Shown piece after piece: positions 55,402 to 64,000 of a DNA stretch of 64,000 nt. The notes under the pieces are model-generated. The model was not told where the DNA came from and did not search any database. It saw only the letters and a list, made by a program, of their open reading frames with translations. Position 1 is the first letter of the stretch. Each line of letters begins with the position of its first letter. This DNA comes from an uncultured bacterium. GTDB taxonomy: Bacteria; Arandabacterota; Arandabacteria; JAGLYR01. Made by a program: the position numbers and the translations under genes. The DNA lies in the NCBI GenBank assembly GCA_964610505.1, contig CAZSXU010000008.1, positions 52,604 through 116,603 of the forward strand, read 5' to 3'.

Positions 55402-56291
55402 CTTCCATCCCCTCCCCGCCGGACGGCGTCCACCACCTGGAGCATGCGGACTGTTTCCCGAACGTCATGCACCCGGAGGATATCCGCCCCCCGCATCACG
55501 GCCGCGGCCGCGGCGCCCAGACTCCCCTCCAGCCGTTCCTCCTCCGGAAGGTGGCTCAGGCGCCCGATGAAAGACTTCCGCGACGCTCCCACAAGAACGG
55601 GATAGCCCAGTTCGGCGAGCTCCCGAAGCCCGCCGAGGAGAGCCAGATTCCCCTCCACCGATTTCCCGAAACCGATTCCGGGATCGACCACGATTCCCTC
55701 GGGGCGAACTCCTCCGGCCACGGCCGCCTCGGCGCGGAGCGCCAGGAACGACTTCACCACATGGAGAAGATCGTCATAGCGCGTGTCCTCTTGCATCGTC
55801 TTCGGAGTACCGCGCATGTGCATCAGGACGACCCCCACCTTCTCCTCAGCCACCACGGGCAACATATCGGGGTCCCGGGTGAGGGCGGAGATATCGTTGA
55901 CCATGCACGCGCCCCGAGAGATGGCATACCGGGCCACCTCGGCATGGGCCGTGTCGATGGACAGAGGAACGTCCATCGATCCCTCCAGTCTGTCGAACAC
56001 GGGACGAACTCGATTCAACTCTTCCCGTGCGGGTATGGGGTCCGAGAAAGGGCGAGAGGACTGTCCACCGATATCGAGGATGTCGGCGCCGTCGTCCACC
56101 ATGCGTCTCGCCCGAGCGACTGCAGCCTCCGGATCCAGATACCGCCCGCCGTCGAAGAACGAATCCGGGGTCACGTTCAGAACCCCGATCACCAGCGTGC
56201 GCTCCCCCAGCGGCAGCACCCTGTCCCCGCAGATGAGCGCGCGCCGGGAGGAACCCTGAACCCGGAATGACGGCGACCGTGTCATGAGCAA
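55389..56291 (-). CDS. folP: Dihydropteroate synthase
   Basis: GVLNVTPDSFFDGG, DIGGQSSRP, VDPGIGFGK, GASRKSFIG and LRVHDV motifs; start may be 56285. Confidence 0.95.
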   Translation of the reverse strand: MLMTRSPSFRVQGSSRRALICGDRVLPLGERTLVIGVLNVTPDSFFDGGRYLDPEAAVARARRMVDDGADILDIGGQSSRPFSDPIPAREELNRVRPVFDRLEGSMDVPLSIDTAHAEVARYAISRGACMVNDISALTRDPDMLPVVAEEKVGVVLMHMRGTPKTMQEDTRYDDLLHVVKSFLALRAEAAVAGGVRPEGIVVDPGIGFGKSVEGNLALLGGLRELAELGYPVLVGASRKSFIGRLSHLPEEERLEGSLGAAAAAVMRGADILRVHDVRETVRMLQVVDAVRRGGDGRCLH

Positions 56292-56304
56292 TCGACCGGA
56301 CTTC

Positions 56305-56859
56305 TCAGTCCTGAATCTGGGAAAACACTTCCGCCCGCGGCGCGCCGTCCCTGAGCATGCCCCTCGACGCCGTGGTCACAATGCGCGAACCCGGTTTCCT
56401 CACCCCCCGAAGCGTCATGCAGAGGTGTTCAGCTTCGAGGACCACCAGAACGCCCTTCGGTTGCAGCGTACGTTCGAGAACATCGGCGATCTGATTGGTC
56501 AAGCGTTCCTGAATCTGGGGTCGATGGGCCAGGATTTCGACGACCTTCACCAGCTGAGAAAGCCCGGCAACACGACCTTCGCTCGGAACGTAGGCAACGT
56601 TGGCCACTCCGAGAAACGGAAGGAGATGATGTTCGCAAACCGAGTAGAAAACGATCTTCTTGGCGAGGATGATCTCGTGTTCCGCCCCGGTCGGATAGAT
56701 TTTCAGAACGCCGGCGGGATCTCGGGCCAGACCGCCGTAGAGATCCTCGAAAAGCTCGGCGATGCGGCGCGGCGTCTCCTTCAGCCCTTCCCGATCCGGG
56801 TCTTCGCCGATTGCCTCGAGAAGCATGCGAACGGCGGTCTTGATCTTGTCCTGATCCAT
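56305..56859 (-). CDS. folE: GTP cyclohydrolase I
   Basis: GEDPDREGLKETPRR, SVCEHHLLPF, GLSQL, RPQIQERLT and HLCMTLRGV motifs; start MDQDKI at 56859. Confidence 0.95.
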   Translation of the reverse strand: MDQDKIKTAVRMLLEAIGEDPDREGLKETPRRIAELFEDLYGGLARDPAGVLKIYPTGAEHEIILAKKIVFYSVCEHHLLPFLGVANVAYVPSEGRVAGLSQLVKVVEILAHRPQIQERLTNQIADVLERTLQPKGVLVVLEAEHLCMTLRGVRKPGSRIVTTASRGMLRDGAPRAEVFSQIQD

Positions 56860-56860
56860 C

Positions 56861-59038
56861 TCACTCTTCCTCGCGCTCCACCTCCGGGCGGGACGTCTCA
56901 CCGGAAAGATTCTCTCTCCCCTCGTCGTCAACGACCGTGCCGGCGGCGCGATCCCGGACCGGCTCTTCGACGGCCCCATTGCCCGGAGCGCCTCCCGGGT
57001 CGGAGCTCGAGGGCGGTCCGGCGTCGGGGGAAGACGCCTCCCCCTCCCCGGCCTCCTGGGTCTTGTTCTTTCGCCGATCGCGAAGCGGGGGCGGTTCCCG
57101 GCCCTCGAGAACGGCGGCGATTTCCGTACGATCCAACACTTCCCGCTCTAGAAGGACCTCCGCCAACCGGTGGAGAACCTCGGTTTCTTTCTCGAGAATC
57201 TCCCTGGCGCGGGTTTCGGCCGATTCGATGATGCTCCGGACTTCTTCATCGATGGCAATGGCGGTCTGTTCGCTGTAGTCGCGATGCTGCGCAATCTCGC
57301 GGCCGAGGAAGATCTGCTCCTCCTTCTGGCCATAGGCCAGAGGCCCCAGTTTCTCGCTCATTCCCCACTCGCACACCATTCGGCGGGCCAGGGTACTCGC
57401 CTTGTCGATGTCATCGCTGGCCCCCGTACTCGGTTCATTGCCGACGAGAATGTCCGCCACGCGCCCCGCCAGGAGCACCACGATCCGGTCCTGCAAGTAC
57501 TGCTTCGTGAGCTTGTATTTGTCCTTCTCCGGCAACTGAAGCGTCGAACCCAGCGACCGTCCCCTGGGTATGATGGTCACCTTGTGGAGGGGATCCGCCG
57601 TGGACAACCGGGCGGCCACCAGGGCGTGCCCGGCCTCATGGTAGGCAATGCTCGTCCGCTCTTCGTCGGTCAGGATCAGACTTCGCCGTTCGGCGCCCAT
57701 CATGACCTTGTCCTTGGCATCCTCCAGATCCTGCATGGTCACCCGCTTGCGGTCCCGTCGGGCGGCGAGCAGCGCCGCTTCGTTGACCAGGTTGGCCAGG
57801 TCGGCTCCGGAGAATCCCGGTGTCCCGCGCGCCAGAATCTCGAGGTCCACATGCTTGCCCAGCGGAATCTTCCGCGTATGCACCTTCAGAATTCCCTCCC
57901 GGCCGCGGACGTCCGGCATGTCGACGACGATCTGGCGGTCGAACCGCCCGGGCCTCAGGAGCGCCGGATCCAGCACGTCGGGCCGGTTGGTCGCCGCAAT
58001 CAGGATCACGCCTTCGTTGGACTCGAAACCGTCCATCTCCACGAGGAGTTGATTCAGGGTTTGCTCGCGCTCGTCGTGTCCCCCCCCCAGCCCGGCTCCC
58101 CGGTGGCGGCCGACGGCATCAATCTCATCGATGAAAATGATACACGGGGCGTTCTTCTTCCCCTGCTCAAACAGATCGCGCACGCGGGAGGCTCCCACGC
58201 CCACGAACATCTCCACGAAATCGGACCCGCTCATGCTGAAGAAAGGCACACCCGCTTCACCGGCCACGGCCTTGGCCAGGAGCGTCTTGCCCGTTCCCGG
58301 CGCTCCGAGAAGAAGCGCGCCCTTGGGAATCTTGCCGCCGAGACGTTGGAACTTCCTGGGGTCCCGGAGAAATTCAATGATTTCCCGGAGCTCTTCTTTG
58401 GCTTCCGTCGCGCCCGCCACGTCCCGGAAGGTCACCTTGGGCTGATTTCCCGAAAGGAGGCGCGCTCGGCTCTTGCCGAAGGAGAAAGCCCGGTTCCCGC
58501 CCGACTGCATCTGCCGCATGAAGAAGATCCAGATCCCCAGAAACACCAGAAGCGGGAGCCATGAAACAAGGGCCGTGATCCAGTTGGTGCGGGCCGGTTT
58601 TCCCCGGACCTCGGCTCCCGGGCTGTGCTCAAGGATCCGGTCCGCAAGTTCCGGATCGGGGGTCGGGACCCAGAGCCGGAATTGGGTGGTCTCGACGGTC
58701 GACCCGTCGACTCGAACCGTCGCGGGACGGATGAGCTCGCCACGAATCTCGCGCTCGTCGAGGGTGACTTCCTTGATGTTGGACGCTTCGATCTGCTCCA
58801 GGAACCACGTGTAGGACACCTCTCGCTGATCCCGGCTCCTGCCCGTGTACAGCTGGAAGCCAAAGAGAACGAGAAGCACGATGATCACCCACAGGGACAG
58901 ATTCCGGAGGGTGCGCGACGACCGACCCGATTCGCCTTCCTTGGGCGGTCGGTCCCGGCCGCGCGAGGAACCGCTCGGCTTTCTCTGCTGTTGTTCCGGC
59001 GGGGTTTCCCGCCGCGATTCTTTCTGTTCGTTAGACAC
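56861..59038 (-). CDS. ftsH: ATP-dependent zinc metalloprotease FtsH
   Basis: Two TMs; GAPGTGKT Walker A; [11 protein letters not shown]; [19 protein letters not shown]; HEAGH zinc motif. Confidence 0.98.
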   Translation of the reverse strand: MSNEQKESRRETPPEQQQRKPSGSSRGRDRPPKEGESGRSSRTLRNLSLWVIIVLLVLFGFQLYTGRSRDQREVSYTWFLEQIEASNIKEVTLDEREIRGELIRPATVRVDGSTVETTQFRLWVPTPDPELADRILEHSPGAEVRGKPARTNWITALVSWLPLLVFLGIWIFFMRQMQSGGNRAFSFGKSRARLLSGNQPKVTFRDVAGATEAKEELREIIEFLRDPRKFQRLGGKIPKGALLLGAPGTGKTLLAKAVAGEAGVPFFSMSGSDFVEMFVGVGASRVRDLFEQGKKNAPCIIFIDEIDAVGRHRGAGLGGGHDEREQTLNQLLVEMDGFESNEGVILIAATNRPDVLDPALLRPGRFDRQIVVDMPDVRGREGILKVHTRKIPLGKHVDLEILARGTPGFSGADLANLVNEAALLAARRDRKRVTMQDLEDAKDKVMMGAERRSLILTDEERTSIAYHEAGHALVAARLSTADPLHKVTIIPRGRSLGSTLQLPEKDKYKLTKQYLQDRIVVLLAGRVADILVGNEPSTGASDDIDKASTLARRMVCEWGMSEKLGPLAYGQKEEQIFLGREIAQHRDYSEQTAIAIDEEVRSIIESAETRAREILEKETEVLHRLAEVLLEREVLDRTEIAAVLEGREPPPLRDRRKNKTQEAGEGEASSPDAGPPSSSDPGGAPGNGAVEEPVRDRAAGTVVDDEGRENLSGETSRPEVEREEE

Positions 59039-59624
59039 AGACCCGTTCCTTTTCCAGGTCTCGCTTCAGAGATTCTTCAAGATCATCCACGATTCCGATG
59101 TCGGGGAGGTTCCTAAATCTTTCGGCATAGTCAAGCCCGTACCCGATCACAAAGTAGTCCTCGATGTCGAAGCCGGAGTACTCCACCGAAACCTGTGCAA
59201 CCCGTCTCGAGGACTTATTCAGAAGTGTGCACACCTTGAGACTCGCGGGCCGTCGAGTCATCAGACGCCCGCAAATCATTTCCAGCGTGAGACCGCTGTC
59301 CACGATATCCTCGACGATCAGAACGTCCCGGCCCTGGATCTCGATTTCGGCGTCCATCACAAATCGTACGGTTCCCGTGGAGGTCGATGAAGTGGGATAG
59401 CTGGACGCGGCGATGAAATCGACGTCCAGGGGAAGCGCGATGTGGCGGATGAGATCCGCCAGGAAGATGAACCCTCCCTTGAGAACGCTGATGAGGACGA
59501 TTCGGCGACCCTGGTAGTCCTCGGTGATTTGCCTTCCCATCTCTCGAATCCGCTTCTGGATCTCCTCGGCGGGGATCAGGACGCGAAAAGCGCCGTCTCG
59601 CTCACCGCCTTCGGGGCTGGACAT
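59031..59624 (-). CDS. hpt: Hypoxanthine phosphoribosyltransferase
   Basis: [25 protein letters not shown] and [14 protein letters not shown] motifs; GGAGG SD before ATG 59624. Confidence 0.95.
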   Translation of the reverse strand: MSSPEGGERDGAFRVLIPAEEIQKRIREMGRQITEDYQGRRIVLISVLKGGFIFLADLIRHIALPLDVDFIAASSYPTSSTSTGTVRFVMDAEIEIQGRDVLIVEDIVDSGLTLEMICGRLMTRRPASLKVCTLLNKSSRRVAQVSVEYSGFDIEDYFVIGYGLDYAERFRNLPDIGIVDDLEESLKRDLEKERVCV

Positions 59625-59635
59625 CGCTTCCTCCA

Positions 59636-61045
59636 TCACTCCGTCGATGGGATCGCCTCCACCCGCAGGACGCGGGTTGTGCAATCCCGAACCTTCGACA
59701 GCTCGCTGGTTCGGTATCCGATGATCCAATGGATGGCTCTCCGATCGACCAGAAGCGGCGTGCGGTGCCGAATCCATCGAGGAACCTTCTCGTCGACGAA
59801 GAAATCCTGGATCTTCTTGCTTCCCTGCATCCCGGCGGGGCGAAACCGATCGCCCGGCCGCCAACAACGGACCCGCAGGGGTGGGCGCACGGCGTCCCAG
59901 TCAAAGAGCATCTCACCCGAATTCACCGCTCCGAGATGTCCCGGATCTCGACCGACAAGAAGGGACGTACGAATCTCCAGTCCGAAATCCGGAAGCGAAG
60001 TGATTCCCGGAACCGCGATCTCCTCCGAACGCTCCTTCCCGTGAGATGTTTCCCGCGTCAACACCAGTCCGCCGTGGTCCCGATAGGCAACCAGGGACCC
60101 GGGGAGACTCACCTGTTTGAAGGGCGTTTCCTCACGACGGGTCAGGTCGAGAAGCAGTTGCAGGTGCTTGAACGAGATGTCCGTCAACCGCCCCCGCATC
60201 TCGCCGATCGCCGCCCGCAACATATAGGACTGCAACGCTACATCGTAGTCCCCAAATCGGTCCAACGCAAGTCTCATTTTGCCCGCCGACCACTCCGCGC
60301 ATTCCTCCAGGGCGTTTTCTGCCCGGGTCCGAAGGGATCGGTCCACCTCCCGTTCGACGGAGGAGATTCGGGTCAATGCCTCCACGATCTTCGGGTTGAA
60401 ACCTTTCTCTAGAATTGGGAGAAGGTCATGCCGGATGCGGTTCCGGAGAAAGGCCGGATCCTGATTGCTGGCATCGATTCGGGCGGCGACTCGAATGTCC
60501 CGAAGGAAGTCACCCACGTCGCGGCTGCGGCATCGCAGGAGGGGGCGGATGATGAATCCATCCCGCACCGGCCGGATGCCCGCCAGTCCGCCCGGTCCCG
60601 TACCCTGAATGATCCGCATCAAGACGGTCTCCGCCTGATCGTCCATCGTGTGGGCCGTCGCGGCCTTCTGTGCGCCCAGACGCCGGGCGGCCGCTTCGAG
60701 GAACTCGTACCGGAGCAGACGGCCCGCTTCTTCCAGGGAAACGTCCCGGGGCCGTTGTCTCAAACGATCGCCCGCCGACCCCACCTCCACAGGAAGAGCG
60801 AGAGCATTCGCCGTCTCGACGACGAATTCCTCATCGAGTCGAGACTCGGATCCCCGAAGCTCGTGGTTGAAGTGAGCCACATGCAGGCGGAACCCCAGGT
60901 CCCCGGCGAGTGTATGGAGAGCGTACAACAAGGCGATCGAATCGGGCCCGCCGGACACGGCCGCGAGAACGAGATTACCCGAGTCAATCATACGATGGTC
61001 CAGGATGGTTTCCCGGACCCTCTGAACCAGGGCCGTATTCTCCAA
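59636..61045 (-). CDS. tilS: tRNA(Ile)-lysidine synthetase
   Basis: AVSGGPDSIAL, VAHFNHELRG, TAHTMDDQAET, IRPLL and RNRIRH motifs; likely TTG start at 61045. Confidence 0.93.
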   Translation of the reverse strand: MENTALVQRVRETILDHRMIDSGNLVLAAVSGGPDSIALLYALHTLAGDLGFRLHVAHFNHELRGSESRLDEEFVVETANALALPVEVGSAGDRLRQRPRDVSLEEAGRLLRYEFLEAAARRLGAQKAATAHTMDDQAETVLMRIIQGTGPGGLAGIRPVRDGFIIRPLLRCRSRDVGDFLRDIRVAARIDASNQDPAFLRNRIRHDLLPILEKGFNPKIVEALTRISSVEREVDRSLRTRAENALEECAEWSAGKMRLALDRFGDYDVALQSYMLRAAIGEMRGRLTDISFKHLQLLLDLTRREETPFKQVSLPGSLVAYRDHGGLVLTRETSHGKERSEEIAVPGITSLPDFGLEIRTSLLVGRDPGHLGAVNSGEMLFDWDAVRPPLRVRCWRPGDRFRPAGMQGSKKIQDFFVDEKVPRWIRHRTPLLVDRRAIHWIIGYRTSELSKVRDCTTRVLRVEAIPSTE

Positions 61046-61084
61046 GGGAATGCCCGGACGTAAAGAGACAGAAGAAGATGGGAG

Positions 61085-61158
61085 TGGCGGTGCAGGGATT
61101 CGAACCCCGGACACAGAGATTATGATTCTCCTGCTCTGACCAGCTGAGCTACACCGCC
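61085..61158 (-). tRNA. tRNA with CAU anticodon (elongator Met more likely than Ile2); CCA not encoded
   Basis: GGCGGTG TA GCTC AGCTGGTCA GAGC A GGAGA ATCATAA TCTCT GTGTC CGGGG TTCGAAT CCCTG CACCGCC A folds as a 74-nt cloverleaf. Confidence 0.95.
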
Positions 61159-61203
61159 CCTGGAAGAAAAGAAGGCCTCGCATATCTTCGATCGAACAAC
61201 CGT

Positions 61204-61232
61204 AGGCTAGGCAAGAAATCGGGCGTTGTCAA
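61204..61232 (-). promoter_or_regulatory. Sigma70 promoter for the tRNA-tilS-hpt-ftsH-folE-folP-cdaA unit
   Basis: TTGACA-N17-TAGCCT on the minus strand. Confidence 0.6.
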
Positions 61233-61251
61233 CTCAAATCTCCCATTTCAC

Positions 61252-61280
61252 TTGACACTACACAGAATTGACGGTAGCGT
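61252..61280 (+). promoter_or_regulatory. Divergent sigma70 promoter for the lipoprotein/barrel pair
   Basis: TTGACA-N17-TAGCGT on the plus strand. Confidence 0.55.
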
Positions 61281-61323
61281 AGCGCTTGAATTTGCTTTAG
61301 CTTAGGAAGTCCACGGGGATTCC

Positions 61324-62517
61324 ATGCGCAACCATCTCACATTCTGGCTCGGGCTGGCGGTCATCGCGCTCGGCCTCTCCTGCGGGGAGAAGGAAAACCC
61401 CATGGGCGAGGGCCTCGTCGATGCCGGTCTGCTGTCCCGCTCGGACAGCCTGCTCGAGTGTGCGATTACCGAGGCGACCTCCTTCCAGTTTCACTACCCC
61501 TGTTCCGACGAAGCGTGTGAGCGAGGTCCGGGAGGGAGCGCGGCGCTGGTGCTGGGATCCGGATACGGATACCGCGCGCGGATAGCGCTCTCCTTTGAGG
61601 GCGTGGCCGTTGACACGAGCGTCGTGGTCGACTCGGCCTGGGTGCGTCTCAGGGCGGCGCGAGCCCTGGAAGGCCCGCCGATGGATCTGACCATTCACGC
61701 CCTGGTGGACACTCTGATCGAGAGCCAGGTGTTCTACGGCGACAGTCTCGCGTTCGATGCAACGCCGCTGCCGGCGAGCTTCACCTACGCCGACGACGGG
61801 CTCCGAATCGACCTGACCGAGGTGGTGGCCGACTGGCGCACGACGGACAGCATGAGAGGATTGGTTCTTGCATCTCATGATCCCGGGCCTTCCTTCGCGG
61901 TGTTTCACTCCTACGAGTCGGTGTCCTATTCGGATACGGCGTCCGTTCGCCCGACGGTGTTCATCTACCAGCGACCGAAGGGAGACACGACCGTCACTTT
62001 CCGCTACTCGGAACCGCAAAACGATACCTATTTCCTCTGGTGGGACCCCGAAGTCGATTCCCTGTCCGTCGCGGAGGGCCGTCTCACGATCGGCAAGGGG
62101 TTCGCCACACGGTCGCTGCTGAAGGCGGATGTCGGCGCGATTCCCGCCGAGGCGACGATCAACCGGGCGCAGTTGATTCTCCGCGTCGACGCATCCCAAA
62201 GCGCCTTCGACACGCTTCAGGTGGTAACTCACGGCGTGGACGGCGAGTGGATGGGTGCGGAAACAGCGTTTCATTCCACGGCCCTCGGATTGGGTTGGGT
62301 GTTTCCCGACATCGATTCGGCTGTGGTCAATGTGACGACACTCGTGCAAATGTGGACGGGCGGCCTGGACGACAACGACGGTCTTCTTCTGAAGTGCTAC
62401 GGAGAAACGGACAACGTTGATTTCGTAAGATTCTTCGACCTGTCGGGTCCCGGTTCCCTGACCCCGAGCCTGATCGTCGAATACAGCATGCCGCCCCCCG
62501 CGTGGTTCCGAGAATGA
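61324..62517 (+). CDS. Lipoprotein, beta-sandwich (DUF4270/DNRLRE-like)
   Basis: Lipobox LGLS-C; two internal repeats of an 'R.LL.F/D...IP....I..A.L.L' type; family call by resemblance only. Confidence 0.65.
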   Translation: MRNHLTFWLGLAVIALGLSCGEKENPMGEGLVDAGLLSRSDSLLECAITEATSFQFHYPCSDEACERGPGGSAALVLGSGYGYRARIALSFEGVAVDTSVVVDSAWVRLRAARALEGPPMDLTIHALVDTLIESQVFYGDSLAFDATPLPASFTYADDGLRIDLTEVVADWRTTDSMRGLVLASHDPGPSFAVFHSYESVSYSDTASVRPTVFIYQRPKGDTTVTFRYSEPQNDTYFLWWDPEVDSLSVAEGRLTIGKGFATRSLLKADVGAIPAEATINRAQLILRVDASQSAFDTLQVVTHGVDGEWMGAETAFHSTALGLGWVFPDIDSAVVNVTTLVQMWTGGLDDNDGLLLKCYGETDNVDFVRFFDLSGPGSLTPSLIVEYSMPPPAWFRE

Positions 62518-63758
62518 ACGCTCGCGGAATGATGGAAAGGACTCGCTTGGTGCTTTGCCGTTCGATCGTTCCGGTCTTGTTGCTTGCGTGTCTGGTTGGG
62601 CACGGCGCCCCGGCCGCGGGCGAATCCGTGTTCTCCTCCCTGGGACTGGGCGAGAGCTCGCGCCCCACGACCGCCAGGGGAACGGCGCTGGGCGGTTCGG
62701 GCATCGCTCTTGCGGATTCCGTGAGCGGCTCCTTCCTGAATCCGGCGTCCGCATCGCTCCTGCGCCGGTTGACGATCTCGGTCGTTTTCTCTCCCGAGCT
62801 GCGCTATCCCGACGGACTTCGAGGTGCAAGCAAAAACTGGAGCTCCCGGCTGGACGCGGTCGAAGTCATCCTCCCCTTCCCCCGGAGCGTGGCGTTGAGC
62901 GCCGGGCTCCTTCTCTGGGGAGACATGAACTCGAGTGCAGAGTGGTCGGGCGAAACCTCATCGGAAGAATTCCTGGGGCGCTACGAGCGGGAGGGGGGAG
63001 TCTTCTCTTTTCCCTGCCATCTGTCCGTGGGTTTCCGCAACCGGTTGTTCGTCGCAGGCGGCGCAGACGTGGTCCAGATCAATTCTCGAGAGATCTGGGA
63101 AAAGGACTTCCATTCTGCGGACTACCAGGATTCCCGAGACGTTCTGGACGGCAGTTTCTCGGGAGCTCGTCCCTCCTTCTCGATTCTGCTCAGGTGGCCG
63201 GAGAAGCTGACCCTCGGGTTCATCCTGCAGGGGGCGGCGGATCTGGACGGGTCCCTGACGACGGAGCCCATGTTCGGGAAAGAGTTCAAGAATGATTCGT
63301 CCCTTCATCTGCCGGCGAGCTACGGTGCCGGGCTTTCTTTTCACCCGGTACCCGGATGGATGTTCGTCGTCGAAGGATCCCGAGTGTCGTGGGGTGATTT
63401 GCGAATCGCCGACAGCTCCCCGCTGCCGGACCGACTCTCCCGGGGCTTCGCCGTCGGTCTGGAAAAAACCTCTACCCGGAGGGCGGGAACCTGGGTCTCC
63501 CGTCTTCCCCTCCGCATCGGCTACCGTCACGAATCTCAACCCTTCGACTGGCCCGAGGGCGAAACCGTTCTTTCTCAGATGATCACTCTGGGCACGGGGT
63601 TCTCTCTTACGGAGAAAACCAGTCGCCTGGACCTGGCCGTGGCCGTGGGGCGGATCGGGGATGTATCCAAAAACGGAGTCGAGGAGAGAGTCATTCGCCT
63701 GCGAGTGTCGTTCACCGCTTCTGAGCGCTGGCAGCGAAAGCGCCAGACCCACTACTAG
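62514..63758 (+). CDS. FadL/OmpP1-like outer-membrane beta-barrel protein
   Basis: SVFSSLGLGE...ARGTALGG...FLNPAS N-terminal motif and amphipathic strands; ATG 62514 overlaps the upstream stop (ATGA). Confidence 0.7.
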   Translation: MNARGMMERTRLVLCRSIVPVLLLACLVGHGAPAAGESVFSSLGLGESSRPTTARGTALGGSGIALADSVSGSFLNPASASLLRRLTISVVFSPELRYPDGLRGASKNWSSRLDAVEVILPFPRSVALSAGLLLWGDMNSSAEWSGETSSEEFLGRYEREGGVFSFPCHLSVGFRNRLFVAGGADVVQINSREIWEKDFHSADYQDSRDVLDGSFSGARPSFSILLRWPEKLTLGFILQGAADLDGSLTTEPMFGKEFKNDSSLHLPASYGAGLSFHPVPGWMFVVEGSRVSWGDLRIADSSPLPDRLSRGFAVGLEKTSTRRAGTWVSRLPLRIGYRHESQPFDWPEGETVLSQMITLGTGFSLTEKTSRLDLAVAVGRIGDVSKNGVEERVIRLRVSFTASERWQRKRQTHY

Positions 63759-63907
63759 CCTAGATTATCCATGAATCCCTGCTGCGAGGTTCCGGGTGCT
63801 TGCCTGGACTTCGTTGCGGCACGGCCCTCACGCTATTCGACCTCCGACCGGTTCTCCTGTCCGCGGCAAGTCTCTTTGGCGATGATCGTCGTCGAGGGCG
63901 CTTCTTC

Positions 63908-64000
63908 CTACGGGTCCGCTCGGGGCAGCAGGACCTCCACGCAGGTCCCCTGCCCGAGTTCCGAATGAATCTGAATGTGCCCGCGGTATTCTCTGACGAT
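63908..64000 (-). CDS. C-terminal tail of a sensor histidine kinase (HATPase_c); partial at the right edge
   Basis: Manual translation gives IVREYRGHIQIHSELGQGTCVEVLLPRADP-stop. Confidence 0.7.
   Translation of the reverse strand: MVREYRGHIQIHSELGQGTCVEVLLPRADP

Noticed and set aside
51771-62829. Long opposite-strand ORFs 51771-53306 (+), 57170-58564 (+) and 61297-62829 (-)
   Set aside because: Shadows of the AP-family gene, ftsH and the lipoprotein respectively.
1-64000. Transposases, integrases, prophage, reverse transcriptase (DGR) or CRISPR-Cas explaining the repeats
   Set aside because: No such coding motifs were seen. The near-identical blocks do not show adenine-specific mismatches as a DGR template/variable pair would; there are only 0 and 2 differences.

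Overview
A GC-rich bacterial window. The secretion-tail (CTD) and PorV-like content points to the FCB superphylum, e.g. Eisenbacteria/Krumholzibacteria-like (inference). It has four blocks. (1) 1-19.6 kb, minus strand: an apparent operon of RsbW-like kinase, STAS protein, ECF sigma, anti-sigma, PrsW protease and a lipase-fold lipoprotein. These are followed by four paralogous secreted 14-bladed Reg_prop propeller proteins with FlgD/T9SS-like CTDs and a PorV/PorQ-like barrel that runs off the left edge. (2) 19.8-40.8 kb, plus strand: four giant CTD-bearing surface proteins built from 14 shuffled Cys-rich Pmp-like beta-helix modules plus SBBP or WDG propellers. (3) 40.9-50.5 kb, minus strand: a soluble fumarate-reductase-like Fe-S/flavoprotein pair fused into an hdrCBA-mvhDGA-maturase operon. 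The mvhA gene is interrupted by an in-frame TGA exactly at the second Cys of the N-terminal RxCGxC nickel motif and followed by a SECIS-like hairpin. This suggests selenocysteine at a metal-bridging position not seen in characterised [NiFeSe] hydrogenases, and is the strongest lead. (4) 51-64 kb: an orphan CTD remnant, nadE, an alkaline-phosphatase-family protein, the housekeeping tRNA(CAU)-tilS-hpt-ftsH-folE-folP-cdaA operon, a lipoprotein/barrel pair and the tail of a histidine kinase. No CRISPR array, transposase or integrase was seen. All family assignments come from motif recognition by eye, not database searches.
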